The notes under the pieces were generated by a model that saw only the letters and a program-made list of their open reading frames with translations, did not search any database and was not told where the DNA came from. 64,000 bases of DNA from Sphaerodactylus townsendi (Eukaryota). Numbering within the stretch: the stretch's first letter is position 1; each line of letters starts with the position of its first letter. The DNA lies in contig NC_059435.1 in the NCBI RefSeq assembly GCF_021028975.2, positions 52,204,001-52,268,000 of the forward strand, given 5' to 3'. Positions 13,189 through 24,794 of the stretch are shown one piece after another. The translations under genes and the position numbers were made by a program.

Positions 13189-14021
13189 TCACTTGGGTTT
13201 AGTCAGTAAAAGGCTGGAGTAGAGAACAGTCTGATTAAACTACACATCATTCTAATTATTCTGAAATGGAATTTAAAACCTTGACCTTCCAGTCTGAAAT
13301 TCAAATAAAACCTCTTCTCTTTTATTTAGGTGTAGATCTTTACCAGACACAATAGATTTTTAAAACAAAGAGGCTGAGTTTCTGTGTGAAAAGCCACAGG
13401 CAAAAGTCCACAAATCCTAACTGGATTTGTTAGCAAAGTAATGTTTTCTGGTAGCTATCTATGAAATCCAATCCTAGCACTGTATGACTTGTAGGTATTC
13501 CTATATTAATCTAACCTTCTACTAAGTGTTAATAAATCCATATTTTATGTAGAAGGCACATCAAAAACAATGTAAAACACTGTTAATCCCCTGTTAATCC
13601 CCTCCATCCTACAATCTCTGTGAAAAATCAGAGGTAGGAGATAACAAATGGAAAAAATGTCAGTAGGATGTATATTTGAGTAGTGTGAGTGAAATGTTTG
13701 TGGGCTTCCCATTTTCTTTAAAGGGAAGGGAATACAATGAAAGGACCATCAGAAATTTCCCCATTTCTTATGCAATCATATTGACTGGCTTCAATTTCTC
13801 TCCCCACCCTCTACCAAAAAGAAAAAAAAGATTATCTTGCAGAGTTGCTGTGAGAATACAATAAACCCTACTGTGCTCCATGGAGTGAAAATGGAATAAA
13901 ACCATGACACATAGCTAGAGGAAAGCTGTCTTTAAGGTTATTTCCACCCTCCTTATAAAGAAAGTACAAAACCAACAAGAAACAGGACAGTCCCAAGTGA
14001 AAGGGTAGGAAGAAGAGCAGT

Positions 14022-14185
14022 AGGTAAGGCTTCCAACCTCCATATGGTGGCTGGAGATCTGCCACTATTACAACTGATCTGCAGGTAATAGAGATCAGTT
14101 CACCTGGAAAAAATGGCCACTTTGAAAGATGGACACCATGGCATTATACCCAATTAAAGTCCCTCCCTTCCCAAACCCCTACCAC
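14022..14185. mobile_element. Non-autonomous hAT-like element fragment (TAGGGTTGCCAACC-type end); related copy at ~45320-45513
   Basis: Both copies share ccaacctcca..gtggctggaga...attacaa.t.atct.caggt.atagagatcagttcac. The second copy ends in gcaacccta. Confidence 0.6.
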
Positions 14186-15913
14186 ACTACTTGGAGGCAT
14201 TGCTACTACATTTTTGAAAGCTCAGCTGACCTAGAAACAGGTTAACAGAACTACTTACATATCACAGCCAGCTAACAAAAGACAAAATGTGCTATCAGCT
14301 ACACATGTAGGACCAACACTGCCAGCTGGCACTTGGTAAAAAGTTTTTTTCATTAAAAGCTATAATCTGCTACCTGTGAGCATTCAAAACTTTGATGTAC
14401 TGTGAGTCTCTGTTGCCATACTTCAATGAAATATGAAGACTAGAAACAAAACCATCCAAAATGGTTAATGCCATATTAATATTTTATTCTATAGTACATC
14501 TCAAGAAAATAAGCATTGCTTTCTAGTGATGAAGAAGACTTGGGAAGAGGGAATTTGTTTCCCAAGGTAGTTCTCCAAAGCTGCACTGCTTGAACCACTG
14601 ATTTGGAACCTATGCAGCAAAAAATATATTCAGGTAAGAATATTTTTTGTGATTTATTTTCCTTTTTGGGGACTTCCTAGTGATAGCACTGTGTATGGTC
14701 TCGTACACATCCTAGTTTCAGATCTTCAGAGTATCGCATTACCAAGAGTAAGCAAGGGATAAATGCTTTTGTTTGTTTTTAGAAAGATTAGCAATTTGTG
14801 GCCTAGAGAAAAACGCAGTACCTTTGACAGAGTTTTCAGGTGCTAGTCAGAACCCTCGTGTGCAATAACTAGGATATTTCAAGCCTTCTTGAATGTGTAA
14901 CAGGACAAGTTTCTCAGTTTTTCATATTGTTTTTATTCTCCTTCAACAAAACTCAGTTTAGATATCATAAGCAAATTGGACTGTGACTGTGGTACATACG
15001 AACCTGTTTGGGTTGTGTAATCTTAGTTCCTTCTCCTGAAACAGAAGCCCTGTTCACATATTACAATAAATGCACATGCCTCCTGCCTGTATGTGTATAC
15101 ATCTGTTTGTAAGAAACAGTCAACATGTGTTCATTTTTCAAATAATAATAGTAACCACCTTTATTGGCAAGTACATTAAACCATTGTAACTGATATCAAA
15201 TTGAAATATGTAAAATCAATATATAATAGAATTACAGCCCAATTCAGAGGGGGGGAATCCCCCTCTGGAGCCCTGCACCGACGTGAGCGCTCATTCTGGT
15301 TGAAGCAAGGGGCAAATGTGCTGGTAGAGGGGCAACTTATCCAGGTAGCTGAGTGCCACACAGCTCCACAGCTCCATCACCCAGGCCTGCCAGTGCAAAA
15401 TACTGTGCCAGCCTGGCTGGAGGGTGGGCTGGGGGGGCATGGCCAACCTTAGTCAGCCTCCAGTGATTGGTCAGCCCGCCTGCGCTGGCAAAGCCACCAG
15501 TGGAGATACGTCATGGATTTTAAGTTTGTCACTTTCAGTTGACCTGTAAAACAAATAGAAAATCAATTTGGTTCATTGGCACCTAAAACTATTGGTGTAG
15601 GGCAGCGTTTGACTGAATTAAAGCAGAGTCATGACTGACTGTAGAAAAAAGCAAGAGGAGAGAGAAAGAGTACAAATTCAACTATTAACCTTGTCTGTAC
15701 CCAGTCACAAACTTCCTCCAGTTTGTTCTTGATGCTTGGATTGAGACCAAACAACCCTCCTGTTTTGGAATCCACTTATGACACCAGCACAATGGTTCTT
15801 CACTTTTCTTATTCTACAGACCTCTTCAGATAGTTGCCGCTTTCCAGTGACATCAAGAGCAGGGGTGGAAGTGATATTGTAAAGGACTGGGAAATGACCT
15901 AGACTCACTAGAT

Positions 15914-16026
15914 CAAGGGTCTGCAACCTGAGGCTCTCCAGATGTTAATGGACTACAATTCCCATCAGCCCCTGATGGGATTTGTAGTCCATGAACATCT
16001 GGAGAGCCACAGGTTGCAGACCCATG
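15914..16026. mobile_element. hAT MITE (113 bp)
   Basis: TIR CA(G/A)GGGTCTGCAACCTG. Perfect 8-bp TSD CACTAGAT at 15906-15913 and 16027-16034. Confidence 0.92.
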
Positions 16027-19000
16027 CACTAGATAGAACCAGTCTTTGAAATGTTCATATGAGATTAAACCCAAGTAATGCTTAATATATCTCTGAATAA
16101 TCCCTTTTAAACCTGCCTCCAAAAGATCAGATTGGCATTTAATGGATTAGACTCTGTGGGGAAAAGAGAGTTTAAAGATGGAGGAGCAGGTAGTACGATT
16201 TTGTACTCTCATCTGCACCCGCTCTCCACCTACCCATGTTTTGCATTATGCAGAACCACTAGCAGCCTAGATTAAAGTGAATTGAGTGCTAATCTTACAT
16301 GGTGAACACAAAATCTGAAAGCAAGGGCGCCTGCAGTCCCTAAAAAAAATTGTTTCTGTGTATGACTGCATCAGGCAAATGATTTACCCTATGATTTCCA
16401 TAGCTCAGTGAAACTCTCACCTGAGGCTTGCCACATCCCAATGCAATGTCCTAGCATCTACACCATACCAGCTAATAGGACATACCACACAGGAGACTTG
16501 TGACCACCTCCCATCTTTGTGAATGTTAAGATTAATTCAGAAATGAAGCCCAGAGAGAGCTGCCATTTGCCCATGAAAATTAAGCCTCCATTTTCCCAAT
16601 CAAACTAACTTCCACCCCTACTCCCTGGTTGTTTGCCTTGTGAGAAAAACAAACAAAACATAGCCACAGGGAAAGACTAAATTTTCTCTCTGTCTTCTGC
16701 TACTATGTGCAACTGGCAGCCCCCTATCAAATACCCTGACAAATTGTGGTTCTCTTGCATAAACTAGTGGGGCATTGTAGCAACACAATTCTTATCACAA
16801 ACACAGGTTTATCCAGAATGCAGAGATTTCGTGAGTAGCATACATAACTGCAATGCCAACAGGGCATTTTTTTTATAACAACATTTGTTGTATAAGGAAT
16901 ACCAGTATAAAATGTTATTTACTTGTTGATTGGGGCTCACAGACCTCACAAATCTATACTAATGCTTTGTAGGTGAAGCAAAGTTGCTTCCAGTTTGTTT
17001 ATTCAATATTAACAGCCATGTTCATTAAGAAAGCTACACCAACGGGCTTCAGAGTCAAGAAGCCACACTGCCATTCTGTAAATACTTTGTAAAATGCTCT
17101 TGATGAAGCACAACTAGTAAAAATCCCGCATCTTACTCTTCCACGGAGGGAGTGCAATAGGTGGGTTTGTGCGGAGATCTAAAGAAGCCAGACACGGATT
17201 TTATGCATATATAGACATTTTGTATCATAAGTAAAGACAGAATCACTCATACATACACTCGTCACAGAAGTAATTATGTCACTAAAAATTCATGAGATTA
17301 GCATTCAGTACACAGTGAAACACAACTTCTCCTCCTATCAAAATGTAAATTCCTGGCTTAAATACACAGGGGTAAAAAGGTCAGCTCCCGTCACTCATAT
17401 TTAAGAGAAATGCATTTGTAATACATGGCAGAAAGCTTCCAAAGAGGTCTAACTTTCTTCTTCCGTAAGAGAAGCTATCAAAATGATTTATTCCTTAATC
17501 TTAAATGTGCTCTTGAAGAGAAAGTGCCATTGACTTCAATGGGTCTTGCTTCCAGTAATGCATTTTGGGTTAGAGAGCAAAGACAAGAAACAAAATTTTG
17601 TGCTAAATACCTAGATCTGCAAAAAGATATGAATACGATGCTATACTGACGGTGTCTCTAATTTCTTACACTGTTTCTACTGGTACTATTGTCCATTACT
17701 TTCTATATCATGTAGATGTAACTTGATCTCAGTGCTATATTTAAAAACAGTTTAACAGTGCAATTCTTATGCAGAATTACTCCAGTCTAAACCTTTTGAA
17801 ATCAGTGGGCTTTAGATGGAGTAACTCTGCCTAAGACTGTGCTCTAAGGGTATGATGTTCAGTGCACCTTTTCCAGCCCAGGTCTTCTGATTTATTCAGT
17901 GGAATCCACAACAGCAGGGGTTGCAGAAGAACCAGGTGCAAGGAAGACTCCTTCCACACGCCTGCTAAAATGAACTTCATGGCTTGTCTGCTGCTGCAAC
18001 ATATTTGTCAGCCTTTTCCTATGTCCACGAAAGGTTTACATGCTGTTGGTCCTGCACTATCCATTGCCAGGTAAGGGGAGATATAGACAAGCATAGAGAC
18101 ACACACAGAGACACTTAAAAGCATAAGCCAGTACAGCCTCAGGTTGCTGTGCATGCAGAAATATTCTGCTGAGATCTAAAAATCCTCCACGGGCTTTCAT
18201 GAACCACCACACATATATTTTTTTTTACAACAGAAATATAAAGCCGACACAGGTTAACGAACCAAAAAAATATATATTCTGCTGACCTCAGTCATATTGC
18301 TTGGCATTTCCTTCAAGGTTCATTTCAGAACAGCACATTGCTTTCCTCCCATGCACATTAAGGAAAGCCTCTAATTTACTGGAGCCATTTATTCCATCTA
18401 GATCCAGCATGACACAGACTTGTTTGCCACGATGAAAAAGTGATTGGTCACGTCCTTCAGCCACTTGTCCCAGAGGGCACGCAGCCGAGCATATACGAGC
18501 AAAATTGTCTTACGGCATTCTCTTTATACTCTAATAAAGAAGACAGGGAGGAAAAGCCACGGCAGGAAGTGCAGCTCTTAAAACCTTTCCCACCTTTTCC
18601 ACTGGCATTTACAGCAGGGAGGTGATTCCCTCCTGCTTTCCAGGTCATCTCAGGAGGCTGGAGGCTGCATAGTCTCAGGGGTCATTCTGAGCTAGCCAGA
18701 CCATCCTCACACATTCCAGGGAAATCAGAAAGAAAGCCCAGCATGCACGCAGAACGAATACTGCTCAACTTGCAAGCATGTGAGCAGCAGGGTTCGGGTT
18801 AGCAAGACACTCTGGCATTCAATTCACCCCTTATTGTAAAACAAACACAGCCTTACCGTTCTGCTGTAGGATGGATCAGGTTAGTTTCACCTGCGACTCT
18901 TTAGCACGCCTCTAAAAACATTAGCGTTTGGAGTCAGGCCAGGCTCGTTCACAGCAACTGAATTCACAACATCTTTCTGCCCTAGCAAGCTGAAATGCTA

Positions 19001-19217
19001 CGGCTGTACTACAGCTAAGGAAAGGGGGAATCATAAGCAGAAAAACAAAGAAATCCCTTAAGGCAGGATATTCTCAGCAGAGTTGCACTGCAGAGGGTAC
19101 CAACGATTATGAAGGAAGAGGTTCGGCTGCCTGCATTTCAGCAATAGCTCACGGCTCTACGGAAGGAAGAGGGTTTTTCTCTCTCTCGTTTTTTTAAAGA
19201 AAATGTGATGGACTTGC

Positions 19218-19286
19218 CTGTGGAGTTCTCAGGAAGGCAGACTACTCAGGCTCTGCAGCAGCAATGCAGCCAATGTAGCTGTGCAT
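19218..19286 (-). other. CDK14: CDK14 alternative first exon, coding-homologous part MHSYIGCIAAAEPE*SAFLRTPQ, with in-frame TAG (19244-19242) and GC donor
   Basis: 23 codons align without gaps to the recalled human alternative N-terminus MHGYFGCNAAAEPGYSAFVGTPQ. It ends CAG|gcaagt in phase 0, compatible with exon 3. Confidence 0.85.
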
Positions 19287-19347
19287 ATGCTGTCTAGGCG
19301 GTTTACAGTCTCTCTCTTTTCTGGCGGGGGAGGGAGGGTCGAGACTG

Positions 19348-19354
19348 ATTTATA
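19348..19354 (-). promoter_or_regulatory. TATA box (TATAAAT) of the putative internal CDK14 promoter
   Basis: ctgtgcTATAAATcagtc on the minus strand, ~62 nt upstream of the alternative ATG. It implies a TSS near 19320. Confidence 0.55.
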
Positions 19355-20306
19355 GCACAGAGCTTCTTCAGTGAAGTAATGAACTGAAGCCAAAATAAGT
19401 ATAATGGCAATTCAGACAATATTTTCAAGTCAAAGGGTGAAACTAATCACAGCCAGTTCAATAATTTCTCAAGTACGGAAAAAACCACCTGTAAATGAAC
19501 ACCTGAGTGGCAGAGAAAAAGAAACCCCATGAGAGCATTAGGACACAACACAGTAAGTTTGCAGAATAAGTTATAGCACTGTGCAAAATGTAGGCAGTCG
19601 AACCTCTTCATGCCTAGATTAAACATGGCACTTGGAATGAACCTGGCTCCTCCTCCATTGCAGTGGTCCCCAAACAGATGTGAAGCTAAGAACATGAGTG
19701 CATTCAATGATTTGCGTTCAAACCATTTTCCCCAAGCATGCACTCAACAGACATTGTACTTCATGCTGCCATCTCTGAGGGTGTACAGCAGATGGAAAGC
19801 TATTCAACTTACATTATGCCTTCATCCTTCTGTCTGAACTATCTAGCAGATGGCAAGAGTCCACGTTTGATCAAACCACACCAGGCCTGGAAAACTTAAA
19901 TTCCCAGAGCAAAGGTTGCTCAGAGCAAAGTGCACTGTAAACCCATTCATTTGAAGAGGAAAAATAAGCATATAACTTTGCCAATTGTGGCACAAATAAT
20001 ACACACAACCTTTCCCCCAAAGAATCAACCTATATGTATGGTTCCCAGTTGTCTTGGCTTTGTTTTAATCTCAAAAGCAAACTCTTCAGGCAGTTTAATT
20101 TCTAAAAAATATTGTTTGAATCTTGAATGAATCTGAAATGGACCAAAACCAGAACAGAAGATCACATTGCAAAAAAGATCTGGATGAGAGCTGCTACACT
20201 TAGATGGTTCATGCCTAGATTAAACATGACACAGAAGGAGTAAAAACCCAATTCCTTACAGCAAGACACCCCGCCTGCTTCATATTGAAACTGACAACTT
20301 CCTGCC

Positions 20307-20434
20307 CAGAGCCGTAGTGAGAGGGAACTACGCCTGGGGCACATGTGTGCCCTGAGCCCCTGCAATGCCCCGGAACGCCCCCGCACGGCCCCGGTGCAAA
20401 ACACACACACCACTCCCTGGGCGCTACGCCACTG
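20307..20434. mobile_element. GC-rich hAT MITE (CAG(A/T)GGCGTAG-type ends)
   Basis: Ends cagagccgtag / ctacgccactg. 8-bp TSD ttcctgcc/ttccggcc. Confidence 0.8.
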
Positions 20435-22449
20435 TTCCGGCCCCACAAATTCCTGTGCACAGTGACTCTGTTTTAAAGAAGTGCGGAACTCCACGCAGGT
20501 AAAACTGAAGATGCAGTGGGGTTTTTTTCAGATGGAGGGTGTGCTCCATAAGAATGGGGAAGTGGGGATAAGAAATAGCAAGAGAAAGGACCAGCACCTG
20601 TTTGAAGCCTCAGATGCCTCACTGTTCCAACCCCATATGAGTCTTGGGATGCCTGTGTTCTTGCAACTTTGAAGAGATTAAGTGGTATACAAATATTTTA
20701 AACAAATCAATCAAATAAAATGTGACAAATGACCAGGAAAGGAATATGTCCTAACATTGTTAAAAGCTAGTAACTATTACTCTCAAGGTACAAAGATGAC
20801 CTAGTTATGGCTCTAGAGAATCAAATATATTGGAGGGCTGGAGGCAAGTTAGAATAACTAATAAGAGAATGGAAAGACAAACAAAGATTTTTTAATGGAA
20901 ATAAAGGGGCTTCTTAGAGATGCTTTAAGGAAAGGGGAACGAAAAAGGTAAACAGTTGCTAGTAATCAAGGTTGTGTAGTGCACACAGATTTATGCCAAT
21001 GTTGTGAAGCACGCACAGATTTAAGCATTCACAATGGGGGCTCTTCTTTATATCCGGTTCTTATTGTGAGATTCATGTGTGCCACTTCCTAATAAAAGAC
21101 GCACAACCACCAGCATTTTGGCTGTTGAAACTTTACAGATTATTAACCAATGTATCAGTTATAAGTAACTTTAATATTTTCCATTATGCAATGGACCCTA
21201 GCACACAGGGACTTGGTTGATTTCTTCTCCTGTCTTTTGATGTAGTTTGGCTCATTCAGTGTCAAAGGTGACTGACCCCCAGGATAAGATATGGGAAATA
21301 CTATGAGGACTGATTATAGAGGTTCTGTCTTACAGCCAAGTCTAGATATCATGGAATTCAAACTAAATGCATAACAGCATTACATAATGCAGGACTCTGC
21401 TGTGCAGGTATATGACAGCTCCTTACATCTGCATCAATTCATGAAATAAATGTATTGAAATAAATAATACACTATTTTGCCACTCTTTCGTATGCCCACA
21501 TCAGCAAACATGCTGCAAGGGTAGTAATTTTTTTAAGTTAGTAGCATGTACATGCTGGTATCTTTAACACTTAGTTTGCAGAACCTGCTATATTAGGTCA
21601 GGTCATCCAGTCCATCTGTCAGTAGTCTTGCTCCATGAGCAGCTGCTACCCCAGGCAGCTATGGATTCAGCTTTCCTCTACTGGTCACACCCAGCTACTT
21701 GACATCCATAATACAGAGAAGTGTCTCTTGTTACAAAGAAGGACCTGAACTGAATGGAATTCTCACGCTCCACAAGAAAGGGAAAATATCTTCAAATCAA
21801 GCATACCACACGTTTCAGAATGACCGAAAAACAACACCAAAGTATACCAAAACAAATTGGTACAAACTACTAGTTAGTAAGTTAAGCCAACTTTTCAAGA
21901 AAGAGCCAAAAGGTAAAAGATTATAAAAGCACCTTCTACGTTGAGGAACATGGGAGTGTAAGAACAACCATGCTGAATCTGGTAGACAAATGGTCTACCA
22001 AGCACAGCATCCTGTTTTATGCTGAGATCATACAGCACCAAAGACTTACAAGCACAGCTGAGACGCCAACACTTTAGCTGTTCACCAGCACTGTAATTTC
22101 AACAGTAGCTTCCCATTGAATCATTCCAACAAACAGCCATTGGTGAAACTGGATTAACGTGAATCTCCATGCACTGAAGCCACTAGAGCTTTGGTTAATA
22201 TCACAGTCTGTCCAAGCAGAAGTGCTTTGTATCAGCAACATCTTTTGTTACACATAAAATAAATCATCTTCAATAGGTCTCAGTAGAGTTTACAGAGGCC
22301 CTTCATGCAGAAATGTTTACAGAAACCTGTGGTAATTTTTCTTCAAAATAATATAAACCATATAGGAGAGAATCTATAAAAGATACTGAATAATGTTTGA
22401 AGGGATTACACAAAGTTCCCAATTTGACAGGTAACTCATATTATTAAAT

Positions 22450-23060
22450 TCTTTATTGCAGTCAAAGACCAGCACATAATAATACAAACTGAGAAGTGCA
22501 CTTATACACAGTCAGTGACCGTTTACTAAAAGGTCAACTTGCGAAAAAGCAAGTAGTAGATAAAATACATTTGATTATGTCAAAAGATTAAAAAGTTAAT
22601 ATAACTACACTTGTAAAGTGCCTGTGCAGTCTTGCTAAAACCTATAGTGACATTGCTAGAAAACTCCAGCCTCCGACCATATCTTCTAAGGATCACAGTT
22701 TCTTCTCGAAGCCTCTTTCCCTCCCTAAACTATTCAACCGGCAGATGTTTCTTATTGTGTTTGTAGATTAAGAAGGGGAACAAAAAACGGGCTCAAGGTT
22801 GCCTCAATGCTAATTTCTTTGGTCCCTACCTGTCAATATGTAGGCCAGTACATCTTTATAGTTTAGGCCTATTAGACCTGTCATGGCTGGGCTGAGGATT
22901 TCCTTCCGGGGCTTTTCAAAAGTGGGACATCTAAATAGCATGTGTTCTAATGTATCTATTTCGCCTAGAGGGCAGGGGCAGAGCCTCTTTTCATAAGGGA
23001 TTTTCTTGTATTTCCCCTCTAACAGCGAGGAGGGAAGAGAATTACATCTGGCCAAGTTCT
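22450..23060 (-). mobile_element. Non-LTR retrotransposon 3' fragment (L2/Crack/Daphne-like ORF2 C-terminus)
   Basis: ARCNSLPSSLLEGKYKKIPYEKRLCPCPLGEIDTLEHMLFRCP is a CCHC-type C-terminus. The 3' end has ggtctttgactgcAATAAA. Clade is uncertain. Confidence 0.75.
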
Positions 23061-24680
23061 CTTGTTAGTTCCACTGGATATCCATTTGTAATGGACTAAC
23101 ACCATTGCTAGATAAATGCTCCATAGTGACGGAGATATACCTCTTGCTGCTGGGACAATCACTACCATTCATGCTCCCCTGGAGAGACTGTGTATATTGG
23201 TGTGGGTGCTGGGTACACATGAAGTCCTAGCTGTGACGACACAGGTTTAATAAAGCTGGCAAGAAAAGGGGAAAACATGACCACTTCTCTGTTGGAGTAA
23301 CCAAGATGAAAAATAGAGATATGTCATAAATCTCTCTAAAGAAAATAAATGTGCAAGGAAATTCTGCCTGTGACCTCAGGAGGGCCAGGTAATAACTGAC
23401 CAACTTGGATTTATTCATGCATATAAAGAAACAAGCTACATTTACATGAAGTCATGTGATTACTTGACAAACACACAACCTCACCAATTTAAAAAAATCC
23501 CATAGAATATGATTACTGGAGAGTAACAACAATGCACTCCTAAACACTGTTACACCAAAGAGTACCATTTTATATATTAACTAAGTTACAAATTATGCAT
23601 TTTATGTTATTAAAACAATAACATATGTTTTGTTTTGATAGGAAAGCAATTTCTGCATATATTTCCCCAAAATTTCCCCTGTCTTTTTGACCTCCTCCCA
23701 AAAAGTTGTTTTATATCTCTATGGACTTCAAAATTTTCAGAAATTTTACATCATTAGCCTCAGAACACGTGCAATTGCGTGTCTCCCAAAGTAAATTCTC
23801 TGCTTTCTGTGAATTACAGGCAAAAGAAATGTCTGCAATGATACATTATTTTGAATACTGCCATCCTCCTGTGTCCCCCTTTGATAAAGCTACATGCATC
23901 CTTAACTGTTTCACAAAATGAGACACTCTCTGTAATGTGCAGGTAAGGTTGCAGATTTATTTCCTATGTGGTCATTGATGGAAGCTATTTCAAAACAGGA
24001 GCATTGTTTATATTGCAGCTGTCAGTCATAGCCTTCAAAAGCTACGAGCTCATAACCAACTTATATCATCTTTAGACGGAGCAGCAGCCCCATCTCTATT
24101 TCAATATGCATCAATAGATGTGCTTCATAGAAGACCATATCTTGCTGAATTTTTAATCATTAAATTATATCAAGGCTTCTGCTGATCGCACGTAGGGATA
24201 ACATCCCAAGGCTTCCAGGTTTGCAGCCAGATACATAATTTGAGAATACAAAGAGAATACGAAGACCAAAATACAAATGACAATTTAAAGGCAATGTTAA
24301 AGCCTAAATGTATAGCGTACAGCGTCTCAATGGCATTTTCTCAATTTTACATCTCTTTTTTCCATCCAGGACCAGTGGAAGTATTCAGCCCAATTATTTT
24401 CTACCTTTTATTTTTATTGAAGGACACGTAGACAAGCTATTTTATGCATTATTGAAACATACTGCATATGCCAAAATTTGAGTAACTATAACGAACTCTG
24501 ACTATCTCATGAAGTGATTATTTTCAGTTTGCAAAACGTTTTTCCTCTCTGATATATTGCCGGACTGCTTTTAAATATATAGATCCACCTTTAATACTGC
24601 ATATTTCCAAAAAATAATACAAATTTTCCCTGAAAATGTATTTATTTGTTATTAAACATATTAGTAAAGTATTATTTATT

Positions 24681-24794
24681 TGGTTCTGGTGGGTTTTCCG
24701 GGCTGTGTGGCCATGGTCTGGAGGATCTTGTTCCTAACGTTTCGCCTGCATCTGTGGCTGGCATCTTCAGAGGTGTATTACAGAGGGAAGTCTG
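24681..24794 (-). mobile_element. Penelope-like element terminal repeat (pLTR) fragment
   Basis: Same sequence as the copies at 32512, 49998, 52776 and 56139, and it contains a hammerhead motif typical of PLE pLTRs. Confidence 0.8.
24733..24773 (-). ncRNA. Minimal type I hammerhead ribozyme motif (intact core)
   Basis: CCU-CUGAAGA-UGCCAGC(CACAGAU)GCAGGC-GAAA-CGUU-AGG: stem I CCU/AGG, conserved CUGANGA and GAAA boxes, stem II, palindromic ACGU stem III, GUU cleavage triplet. Confidence 0.72.

Noticed and set aside
17754-17845. Weak palindromes here and at ~61960-62035 as miRNA hairpins
   Set aside because: More likely ancient decayed MITEs; pairing is too poor to call by eye.
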